This document shows positions 12,175-21,600 of a stretch of DNA of 64,000 nt, piece after piece. The notes beneath the pieces were generated by a model that made no database searches, was not told the DNA's origin, and was given only the letters and a program-made list of their open reading frames with translations. A program made the position numbers and the translations under genes. The DNA is from an uncultured delta proteobacterium. Its GTDB lineage: Bacteria; Desulfobacterota; Desulfobacteria; Desulfobacterales; Desulfosarcinaceae. The DNA lies in contig CAWAUZ010000009.1 of the NCBI GenBank assembly GCA_963785365.1, forward strand, positions 142,724 through 206,723, written 5' to 3'. Numbering within the stretch: position 1 is the stretch's first letter; each line of letters opens with the position of its first letter.

Positions 12175-12720
12175 TCAAGCGGCGGCATCGGCGGCCAGCG
12201 CCGCAAGCAGCGCTTCGGGCTGGGGATGATCGGCCGGTCCGGTGGCATGGTGGCTGAACAGAATGCGGCCGTTTGTCTCGATGATAAAGACCCCGGGCAG
12301 CTGGCGCACGTCCCCCTGTGGAACACCGATACCGTGGCCATTGGCCATGGCCGCAACCCCCCTAAAGACCATTTTGGCGGAAAGCAGCGCCCCGACGGCG
12401 GCCTGTTTGAGACGAAAGGCTTCGAAAAGCCGTTTTTCCGGGTCGGCAATCATGGGAAAGGGGACGTCGAAGCGTTCTTTGAATGCCGCCGTCTGCTCGA
12501 CACTGCCCAACCCAACCAGCACCACTGCAGCGCCCAGGCGGTCAAAGGCATCTTTTTCGCGGCGCAACTGCGCCACCTGCTCGCGACAAAACGGTCAGCC
12601 GTAATGCCTCAAAAAAACCAGCACCAGTGGCCCCTGCCGCCAGAAGTCGCCCAGCGACGCCCGCGAATGATCCCACAGCTGAACCGCCTGTGCGCCGATT
12701 GCCGTCGTATCCAAGTCCAT
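12175..12720 (-). CDS. Peroxiredoxin-like (AhpC/TSA, SelL/FAM213-like) redox selenoprotein with UxxC
   Basis: ATG at 12720 reads MDLDTT...LVLVFLRHYG-TGA(12595-12597)-PFCREQVAQ in frame with ORF 12175..12576; GGCGC-AGTT-GCGCC hairpin just downstream of the UGA. Confidence 0.88.
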
Positions 12721-12782
12721 GGTTGTTTCCTTTCCTCGTTAGTGCCCTTCCAGAAATAAGGAATTTTGGTTGAGGTCAAGAT

Positions 12783-13496
12783 TCACTCAGCTTGGTACCG
12801 CCTCCAGCATTTCCGTGGAGTCGACGCTAATCCCGCTTCCTGGGTCGCGCCCAACCAGACAAACACCGCGATGAACAGCAAAAACGGACTGTAGACGAAA
12901 CCCACCAGGCCAAACAAAACGGCAATCGCCCGGCCGATGGAAGCGGCAATCTGGGTTGCCCGGTCGTAGCTCAACCGCGTTGCCAGGGCGGCACGCAAAA
13001 CGCGCCCCCCATCCATGGGAAAGGCGGGAATCATGTTGAAAGCGATCATGAACAGATTAACCACCATGAGACGCTCCAAAAGCGGGCCCGTGGTGACCGT
13101 TAGGCGCTGCAGCGGCTCCCACGAAGCCGTTGCCTGCAACCAGATGAACAAGGCCGCGGCAATGACCACGTTGACAGCAGGTCCGGCCAGGGCCACCATC
13201 AATTCCTGCATGGGTTGGGTGGGCATCTTTTCCAAGCGTGCCACACCGCCGATGGGCAGCAAAATGATGTCACGGGTTGGAATCCCGTATCGCCTGGCCA
13301 TCAGGGCATGGCCGAATTCATGCAGCACCACACACAGAAAGATGGCGAGAATAAACATCACCCCGACCAAGGCTGCGGACACGCTCTGGCCGTTTTGCCA
13401 GTGCATCAGTGCGACCCACCCGACAAGCAGAAGAAAGGTTAGATGCATATATACATCGATGCCGACGTATTTTCCGATTTTTACAGTCCATGTCAT
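12783..13496 (-). CDS. Site-2 protease (peptidase M50) family protein
   Basis: HEFGH zinc motif, AGPAVN, NMIPAFPMDGGR; GGAGGT RBS; no C-terminal CBS pair. Confidence 0.9.
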   Translation of the reverse strand: MTWTVKIGKYVGIDVYMHLTFLLLVGWVALMHWQNGQSVSAALVGVMFILAIFLCVVLHEFGHALMARRYGIPTRDIILLPIGGVARLEKMPTQPMQELMVALAGPAVNVVIAAALFIWLQATASWEPLQRLTVTTGPLLERLMVVNLFMIAFNMIPAFPMDGGRVLRAALATRLSYDRATQIAASIGRAIAVLFGLVGFVYSPFLLFIAVFVWLGATQEAGLASTPRKCWRRYQAE

Positions 13497-13962
13497 GGCA
13501 ACACCTCCTGCCAGCAATTGAATTGAATTTTAGACAGGGCTTATCCCCCACTATCATACGCATAAATATACGGCCACTTTAGACTGCTGCAATATGAAAT
13601 GCGTGACCGGTTGCCGATAGGTCGATCCTACCGCCTTTTAATGGACGGGTGATAAATCCGTGACATTTCAGGTGATGACCTTCATCATCATCTGCGGTAC
13701 AAAACCATTAAAGGCGGGCTCCCAACGGCTCATTGCGCTGTTGTCGCGCAACGGTGGGAAATCCGTCACCTCTCTTGCCTGCCGGGGAACCCACTAGGAA
13801 CCGACCGAACATTCCCCCGGCAGGCATTTTCTATTGTTTACATCGCACCATCACCACTTATATTGTTTTTATTTTCAAGGGCCTGATACCAATACAGGCT
13901 CAACCGCATATTGTATCTTCCACTATTTTACATCTGTTTTCATGTGGCCACAGGAGGAAATC

Positions 13963-14346
13963 ATGCCCGCCAGCAAGCAAAAGATTGAACATCTGACAAA
14001 AGTATCCTTGTCCATCAAAACCCCAAAATCCGACGCTGGCGCTGACGCGGAGGTCCCGTTCGAGTTTATTTATGGTGTCGGGCCGGATGGCATCACGCCT
14101 TTTGAAAAGGCGCTTTTCGGCAAGACGGCCGGAGACCGGATCGATGTCGGCGACATGGCCGACAATTGCGTGGAAGCCTTGGGCCATCTCAAGCCGGCGC
14201 TGTGTGAACAAACCGGCATCCTCTCACCAGACTCGCTTCAGGTGACGGTCACAGGGGTCGTCAAGGCGCAGGATCGCGAAGTCGTCAAGGCCATGGCAGC
14301 CGGCGGCTCCTGCAGCGCCTGTGATTGCGGGTGCGGCGGTCATTAG
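13963..14346 (+). CDS. Hypothetical protein, degenerate SlyD/FKBP-like with Cys-rich tail
   Basis: PFEFIYGVG..GITPFEKALFGKTAGD resembles an FKBP segment; tail CSACDCGCGGH; AGGAGG RBS. Confidence 0.65.
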   Translation: MPASKQKIEHLTKVSLSIKTPKSDAGADAEVPFEFIYGVGPDGITPFEKALFGKTAGDRIDVGDMADNCVEALGHLKPALCEQTGILSPDSLQVTVTGVVKAQDREVVKAMAAGGSCSACDCGCGGH

Positions 14347-14495
14347 ACCCGCCTGCCCTTTCGGCGTCGGTGCATCGACCCGTCCAGCGTCTTATTAAAC
14401 TTGATTTGTTGACGGGAAACCCTTATGTATACAGATGTTTTTCACGCACATCGCTTATCGATGCAATGGCACCTGTCGGCCGCCCGGAGACCCCC

Positions 14496-15971
14496 ATGTA
14501 CCGTGACAACTATATTACCGCCCTTCGTACCGAACTGCTGGAAATGGTTGCCGAGCAACTGTCACCGGTAGCGATGCGCTACGGTTATAGCGAAGTCCCC
14601 CTTGAAACCAACATCAAATGGCGCCCCCAGGTACTGGTGCTGGGCAACTACTCTTCGGGAAAATCGACCCTGATCAATGAATTCTTGGGGGTTAGCGTTC
14701 AAGGCACCGGGCAGGCACCCACCGATGACTCCTTCACCGTGATCACCTACGACGAAAGTGAATCCGAGGATCGCCCGGTGCGTGTCACTGACCACCGGGA
14801 CGGCAAATTCCTGCTCAATGACCCCGAGTACCCGTTTGAAACGCTCAAAAAGCATGGTCAGCGGTTCGCATCACATTTCAAGCTAAAAAAAGTCAATTCG
14901 CCCTTTCTAAAAAATCTGGCGATCATCGACACACCCGGTATGCTTGACAGCATCACCGAGCGCGACCGGGGCTACAATTATCAGGATGTGATTGGCGATC
15001 TGGCGCAAATTGCCGACCTGGTGTTGGTCCTGTTTGATCCCCACAAAGCCGGCACCGTCCGCGAAGCCCACACCAGCCTGCGCGACACGTTGCCGACCAA
15101 AACATTCGAAGATCGGGTCTTGTACGTGCTCAACCGCATCGATGAATGCGCTTCGATGACCGACCTGTTGCGCGTTTATGGCACCTTGTGCTGGAACCTT
15201 TCCCAGATCACCGGCCGCAAGGACATCCCCATGATCCATCTGACCTACTCGACCCTGGCCGCCGAAAAAACCGGTCGGGAGCAAGACCCTCAGGCCGCCT
15301 ATCTGCACTATCTGGAAAATCAGCGCGAAGAGCTCAAGAAAGCGGTCCTTCAAGCCCCGTGTCATCGACTGGACAACCTGGCCTCTTTCGTCGAAACCCA
15401 TGGGGAGCGCCTTGGCCATTTTCTGGAAGGCATGATCAGCTTTCGCAAGAAAGCACGCATGTTTCGCGTCAAATCCCTTTTCACGGGTTTGGCCGTATCC
15501 GTGCTGGGCGGTGCCGCAGGATGGTTCGGGCTGATGAACCTGACGCTATTTGCCGGCCTTGACGCGACCCTCCAGATGGTCGGTGCCGGAATTCTGAGTG
15601 CCGTCATCTTTTTTTTGTGGGTTTCGGTCGTGAACAACTATCTCTATTCCCGATTCCTGAAAAAATGGCTGAGACAGCTGGACAGCCTCACCCCCCTTCC
15701 CAACCAGACCCGGCGTGACAGTTGGGCCGCCATCCGCGACCTGCTCTACGTCAACCTCAAAAACAACAATGGACACTTTTCATTGTCGCAAGTACTTGCC
15801 GAACATGCCATGGTCAAGCAGATCCATGACAGGGGGTCCCGCGAAATCCGCGAAGCCCTGAAGGAACTGGCCGGCCTTACCATGGACGACAACCCAGGCA
15901 GCAGTGCAAAGGAAGGTCCCATACCCTATTGGGCCGACACGGAACCCACCGCGGCGGTGAACGACCGATAG
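14496..15971 (+). CDS. Dynamin-superfamily NTPase, EHD-like, with two predicted TM helices
   Basis: G1 GNYSSGKS, G2 PTDDSF, G3 DTPG, RGYNY, LFDPHK, G4 NRID, LLRVYGTLCWNL; hydrophobic hairpin near the C-terminus. Confidence 0.85.
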   Translation: MYRDNYITALRTELLEMVAEQLSPVAMRYGYSEVPLETNIKWRPQVLVLGNYSSGKSTLINEFLGVSVQGTGQAPTDDSFTVITYDESESEDRPVRVTDHRDGKFLLNDPEYPFETLKKHGQRFASHFKLKKVNSPFLKNLAIIDTPGMLDSITERDRGYNYQDVIGDLAQIADLVLVLFDPHKAGTVREAHTSLRDTLPTKTFEDRVLYVLNRIDECASMTDLLRVYGTLCWNLSQITGRKDIPMIHLTYSTLAAEKTGREQDPQAAYLHYLENQREELKKAVLQAPCHRLDNLASFVETHGERLGHFLEGMISFRKKARMFRVKSLFTGLAVSVLGGAAGWFGLMNLTLFAGLDATLQMVGAGILSAVIFFLWVSVVNNYLYSRFLKKWLRQLDSLTPLPNQTRRDSWAAIRDLLYVNLKNNNGHFSLSQVLAEHAMVKQIHDRGSREIREALKELAGLTMDDNPGSSAKEGPIPYWADTEPTAAVNDR

Positions 15972-16030
15972 CCGTGTGCAGCGGTTTTTTCGCGCTCGGC
16001 TAAAATGCCATTCATTTTCAGGAGGTTTGC

Positions 16031-16585
16031 ATGAACAAGACGCCTTTGGGTCCCGAAGCCCTGCTCTTTCCGACCCCGTCCGTTCTGGTCGGCAGCGTGG
16101 TCGACGACCGCGTGAATTTCATGACCGCAGCCTGGTGCGGCATCGCCTCGTCGAAGCCTCCGGCCATTGCCGTGGCCATCCGTGGCGAGCGGCACACCCT
16201 CAAAGGCATCATGGAGCACAAAGCATTCAGCATCAACGTGCCGACGGCCGAAATGGCCGCCCAGGTGGACTTTTGCGGTATCTACTCGGGCCGTCGGGAA
16301 GACAAGTCGAACATCTTCGCGGTCTTCAACGGTGATTTGGCACATGCACCCCTGGTAGATGCCTGCCCGGTGAACCTGGAATGCCGGTTGCGCCACACCC
16401 TGGACCTGGGTGCCCACATCCTGGTGATTGGGGAGGTGATCCAGGCCCACGTGAATGAAAATTGCCTGAGCGACGGCAAACCCGATGCCAACAAAATCGA
16501 CCCGCTGATCTTCTCTCCGGGAACCGGCACCTATCATCGCCTGGGTGAAATTGTGGGCCAAGCGTTTTCGATTGGAAAAAAGTAA
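16031..16585 (+). CDS. Flavin reductase-like / flavoredoxin family protein
   Basis: NFMTAAWCG, FSINVP, DFCGIYSGR, APLVDACPVNLECRL; AGGAGG RBS. Confidence 0.9.
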   Translation: MNKTPLGPEALLFPTPSVLVGSVVDDRVNFMTAAWCGIASSKPPAIAVAIRGERHTLKGIMEHKAFSINVPTAEMAAQVDFCGIYSGRREDKSNIFAVFNGDLAHAPLVDACPVNLECRLRHTLDLGAHILVIGEVIQAHVNENCLSDGKPDANKIDPLIFSPGTGTYHRLGEIVGQAFSIGKK

Positions 16586-16600
16586 TCAGGGAGGTGCCCG

Positions 16601-17827
16601 ATGGCCGATTTCAACCCGGAACAGGCCTTGAGCGAAACGCGCCGGGAGTTTGGTGAGCACGGCGGCGTGACGCCGTCCATCTCACGCTCGTCCACGTTCA
16701 CGGTGATGGACTCGGAGGTCATGCCGGAAATTTTCGGCGGCGTCCGCGGCCCCGAAAAAGGGGGATGCTTTCTTTACAGCCGGCATTTCAATCCAACCGT
16801 AGACACCCTGGCCCGCTATCTGGCCGCCATGGAGGGCACCGAGTTCGCCGTGTGCACCGCCAGCGGCATGTCCGCCATCGCCTGCACTTTGATGCAGCTG
16901 TGCCGCAAGGGGGACCACATCGTCTCGAGCGACACCATCTATGGCGGCACGCACGCCCTCCTGGAAGACCTGTTGCCGCAATTCGGCCTCGACACCACCT
17001 TTGTCGACCCGAGCGACCCAGCCGCTTTCGAACACGCCATCACCGATAAGACCCGGGTGCTCTACACCGAAACCGTCGGCAACCCGACCTTGAAAATTGC
17101 CGATATCCGCAGGCTGTCCGACCTTGCCCATTCGAAGGATCTGTCCCTGGTGGTCGACAACACCTTCACCCCCATGATGATATCCCCGGCCCGCTTGGGC
17201 GCGGATGTGGTGGTCTACTCCATGACCAAATACATCAACGGCGCCAGCGATCTGGTGGCCGGCGCCATCTGCACCACCAAGGCCATGGTGCATCAACTGA
17301 TGGACCTGCACACCGGCCGGGTCATGCTGCTGGGCCCCACCATGGACCCGCGCATGGCCTACGACATCATCCAGCGCCTGCCGCACCTGGCCATCCGCAT
17401 GCGCGAACACTCACGCCGGGCAATGGCGTTCAGCCGCCGGCTGGCGGAACTGGGCGTCCGGGTGCGCTACCCGGGCCTGCCGGAATTCGACCAGCACCGC
17501 CTGGCGACGGAGTTGGTCAACACCGGATTCGGCTACGGCGGCATGTTCACGATCGACTGCGGCACCCGCCGTCGGGCCGACCAGCTGTTGAACGAACTGC
17601 AAAACCGCGAGGATTTCGGCTACATTGCCGTTTCGCTGGGATACTTCGACACGCTGATGTCCTGTTCGGGGGCGACCACATCGTCGGAAATCAGCCCTGA
17701 AGACCAGCGCAAAATGGGCCTTTCGCCGGGTCTGATCCGGTTTTCCATCGGCTACACGGGCAGTCTGGAACAGCGCCTGGCACAGATGGAACGGGCGCTG
17801 CGAACGGTCGGGCTGGTCAGCGCATGA
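16601..17827 (+). CDS. PLP-dependent Cys/Met metabolism enzyme, plant-type methionine gamma-lyase-like
   Basis: EFGEHGGV, YSRHFNPT, SGMSAI, YGGT, DNTF, SMTKYING (PLP lysine), AVSLGYFDTLMSCSG. Confidence 0.88.
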   Translation: MADFNPEQALSETRREFGEHGGVTPSISRSSTFTVMDSEVMPEIFGGVRGPEKGGCFLYSRHFNPTVDTLARYLAAMEGTEFAVCTASGMSAIACTLMQLCRKGDHIVSSDTIYGGTHALLEDLLPQFGLDTTFVDPSDPAAFEHAITDKTRVLYTETVGNPTLKIADIRRLSDLAHSKDLSLVVDNTFTPMMISPARLGADVVVYSMTKYINGASDLVAGAICTTKAMVHQLMDLHTGRVMLLGPTMDPRMAYDIIQRLPHLAIRMREHSRRAMAFSRRLAELGVRVRYPGLPEFDQHRLATELVNTGFGYGGMFTIDCGTRRRADQLLNELQNREDFGYIAVSLGYFDTLMSCSGATTSSEISPEDQRKMGLSPGLIRFSIGYTGSLEQRLAQMERALRTVGLVSA

Positions 17828-17841
17828 TGAGACCCTGAGTT

Positions 17842-18348
17842 GTGGCTGCCGACGGTAAGCCCGCGGCCGAGCAATGGCGGGCGGCGGCACTGGAGTTGAT
17901 CCACGGCGAATCCACGCTGACCCTGGCAACTCACGATGAACAAGGGCCGTGGTCGGCGCCGGTCTACTACGTTTTCCTCGACGACCGCTTTTATTTCTTT
18001 TCTTCCCCGCAGAGCCGTCATATTCGACACATCGAAAATCACGGCCAGGCCGCCGCGTCGATTTTTCGCCGGGCGGATTCGTGGCAGGAGATTCGGGGCA
18101 TCCAGATGCAAGGCGTTGTCGAGCGCCTTCAATCCGCGGCCATGTCGCTCAAACCGATTGCCGCCTACCTGAAACGATTTCCGTTTACAAGGGACTTTTT
18201 CCCGGACATTCGCTCACCGGGTCTGCAAGATTTCTTATCACGATTCAAGGCACGGCTCTATTTTTTTGCGCCGACGAGCGTCTACTACACTGACAATCGT
18301 TTTGGTTTCGGCTCCCGCCAGCGCCTCGACTGGCATCCAGCAGGATAG
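17842..18348 (+). CDS. Pyridoxamine 5'-phosphate oxidase-like (UPF0306/YhbP-like) protein
   Basis: TLTLAT...PWSAPVYY...SSPQSRH...IRGIQMQG...TDNRFGFG. Confidence 0.8.
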   Translation: MAADGKPAAEQWRAAALELIHGESTLTLATHDEQGPWSAPVYYVFLDDRFYFFSSPQSRHIRHIENHGQAAASIFRRADSWQEIRGIQMQGVVERLQSAAMSLKPIAAYLKRFPFTRDFFPDIRSPGLQDFLSRFKARLYFFAPTSVYYTDNRFGFGSRQRLDWHPAG

Positions 18349-18510
18349 CAAGCGTTGTGCGGGCGTTCCCTCGCTGCGCCGGTGAAAGGAAGGCGCAGCC
18401 GATGTGCTTGCCGATTGGTAAGGACCATGAGGAAAATGGTTGATGTTCGGCAAGCCCTATCAGGATACCAAGCGTATTACTACCCCCCCTGTGTCAGCTG
18501 TGGGTAAAGA

Positions 18511-18540
18511 CCTGCCCTGTGGGAGAGGGCTGGGGTGAGG
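18511..18540 (+). repeat. REP-like palindromic repeat half-unit
   Basis: CCCTGTGGGAGAGGGCTGGGGTGAGG resembles the widespread GGGAGAGGG-GGGGTGAGGG intergenic REP-like family; one copy seen in the window. Confidence 0.5.
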
Positions 18541-18640
18541 ATTAAAAATCGAGAATTATAGCGGTTCACAGTATCAATACCATGCGCCCCGCCGATGATA
18601 AGGCGAAGCGCATGGTTATCGATTATCGACACCCTATTTG

Positions 18641-21600
18641 TCAACGAGCCTTGTCGCGCCAGGCCGCAATGCCGCTTTTGATCGGAAAGGCGGTGTCGAC
18701 GTTGATCTTGACCACCTCGCCGGTGCTCATCTGCAAGAAGGCCGTCGCCCCGCTTTCGCGGCCCACATGAAAACCGGCCGCCGGCGGTGGTGCGCCGTGT
18801 CCCACGAAAAGCTTGTTATCCACTCTCTTGGTGCTCTCCCCGCCGATGGTGTCTGTGGTTCCGGTACCCGGCAGGATATGTTTGTAATAGGCCGTTCCGG
18901 TCTCATAGTACATGGCGTAATAGTTGGTGTCGCCGCCAAACCCGCACAGGTCCTCATTGGGGGTGTACCCTGGAAAAAAGACAATCCCACCCAAAACCGT
19001 CGCCTTTGAGACGACACGTTCCGACGAGATGCCGGAGTAAGCCTCCAAGGCATGGTGCCAACCATGTTCCTGCCTTGCCGCGTCGAGCAGGTCTGCCCAA
19101 TTGTCAATGCCGGTTACACCTTTCACTTTGCGATTAGTGCCCACCGCGTATGGACTGGCATCGAACAGGTCGTCCATCGTCAATTCCAGGTTGCTGACGG
19201 CGTCCATATAATAACCGGATGCCGCGTTATTGAAGTAGGGGTCCTTGACACCATAAAAGTACTGCTGGGTCTGATCGGTTTTATCCGCATTTGAGAGATA
19301 ACGGCCCGTGCCGAAAAAGGCCCAAACATTATCCTTTTTATCAGTGCTAAGGGCGATGGGTGCGGAAATGGGACCGACGTTTTGGGTCAGGGTCGATGTG
19401 AACATCTTCTCCATTTCCCAGTCAGCCGGATCAGCCGACGGCACCTTGTTGTAGTGGGTATTGATTTTGAAAACCTCTCCTGCCAGTCCACTGTCGATCA
19501 CGGTTTTCCCATCGATATCGTACACAACCGGTCTCACCTTGGCAGCGGTCCCAAAGTAGATACCATCGACGTTATACGTCAGATTTTTATCGAAAGCGAC
19601 CGGTGAATTCATGACGGTATTCACGGACTCGGTGCTAAAAAGCCAGTCGTGATCACCCGTGGCGTCGATGGAGCGTTATGGCTCGCCTGTCTCCAAGTCG
19701 ACGACAAACACATAGCCGCTCTGGTTGCTGCCGCCGTCATAGTCGGTCGAACCCGATCCGAACACCGCCAACCATTTGCCGGAACTCCAAATCTTGGTGC
19801 CGGTCGAGTCGTCATAATCCTTGCCAACGGCAACGATAGCCGGGAAGGACGTGGTCATGGCCAGGTTTTCATAGGAACGCTCCCACAGCAGGCGCGGAAC
19901 GCGTGGGTCGGTGACGTCCATGCAGAAATAGGTCGGCGAAAAATAGCGGGTTTCTAGGGTAGACGAATCTCCGTCAAAGTCGCCTTCCGCCCAGATGTCC
20001 TTGCCGCCCATGTTCAACCCGACGAGTAGGAGGGTTTTCCATACACCGTTGATCTGTGCATCGAAAACTTTGGGTTTCAGATCCACGTAGTAGGAGTGCG
20101 CATATTCAGGATCTGCCAGAAATTTCAGGTGCGGCAGCAGGGTCTGCGGAATATAGGCCCACAATTCATCCCCGATCGCCTCGGTCATACCTAGTGCTTT
20201 GATATTGGCCGTCAGTGTAATGCCACGACGTGAAGGCGTGCAGCATGCCGTCATTGGCACCGACGTAAACGACGGTTTCACGGTCTTTGTTGGCGTCGAG
20301 GTAGTTTTGGAAGGACTCATCGCTGTAAATGAGATGATAGTGATCCGGTGGTTTGGAGATGCTCACCGGCGTCGAGTTGATGATATCGCCCAGTTTCCAA
20401 ACCGTTCCATCGTCCATGGTGCGGGTCCGGGTCTTGGGATCCCCAATGAGATCGCCAGAATCTATGCCGCGAATATAGTTGATCAGGTTTTTTACCCGGG
20501 TATCGTGGTTCGCAGACGAGGGGTTGTCAAGATACCACCATGCCGTTGCGTCCGTAAGTCCCAAGAAGGGTTTGATCGTTTCCCAGTTGGCGTCGTTGAA
20601 TGCAATCACTTCGCTGCTGCCGTCGAATGTGCTTCCGGTGTAGGGGTTTTTCACCGTTCCCACCCAGTCGCCGGAGCCCTCGTCTTCACCGGATTCATCA
20701 ATCAGGAGATCTCCGTCGTCGTCGACGCCGTTTCCGTCGATGAACGTGAAGATCGTTCGGTCGTCTGGATCACGCTCCCGCAGCCGTTCACCGGCCTCGA
20801 AGATCGGCACGATCTCCCCGATGTCGACCGGTTCGCTATCCAGGGTCGGACAAGCGATGGGCGTTGAGAGTTTTTCAAGATAGCATTCCGAATTCATACC
20901 GTTTTTCGGATGATACATGTGGTGTTCAGTGTACCGCCGGACATTGGTGTTGCCATCGCCATCGGTCTGGTAGACGATGATCTGGTCCACGGCATTGGTG
21001 GCAACTGTCTCGTCAGTACTGTTGAACAGATCCAGCTGTTTGTTACCGTTGGAGTCTTCTCTGAGGTTGCCCCATGGATCCACCCACAAGCTTTGAAGAA
21101 ATCCGAGCCAGGTCAGGTCATTGCCCGCTTTCGTGGTGACTTGGGGTTTGAAATAGGCCTGCAGCAGGTGGCCTTCACCCTCACTGTTGGTTGCCAGCAC
21201 CGACGCGGTCGTCCCCGACGAGGTCTTTTCGAGAATATCGGCAAACGATTCGTTGAGCTGCGTCTCTAGTTTGAGGGGGTTGACGACGTAAAAATAGGTG
21301 TCCGGCACGTCATCGCCATCCTGGTCCCATTCGCTTTGCTGGTTCGGCTCCTGGTCTTCATCCCGATCATCGAAGCCGCCCCACTTGGCCGCGTAATACA
21401 GTGGGTTTTTCAGCAGCGTCGCAGCCGAGGCGCTACCCAGTGTAAACGTTCGCGTAGTCTCGTTGGGCAGGTGCGTGTTGTCATCCCAACACAGGTCGAG
21501 CGCACCGCCATTGGGGCCGCATCCTGCCGGTGTGTCGAGGTAATAGTCCCGGTCCTCGATTGTCAGGCTGGGTGTTGTTTTTTATTTCCAGGTAAACCCC

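Noticed and set aside
13745-13770. Cobalamin riboswitch (CGCAACGGT, GGGAAATCCG fragments)
   Set aside because: Fragments are in the wrong order and no B12 box or B12-related gene follows.
18373-18400. SRP RNA (GAAAGGAAGG...GCAGC resemblance)
   Set aside because: Lacks the conserved CAGG-NNN-GGAA-NNN-AGCAG helix-8 arrangement and the long closing stem.
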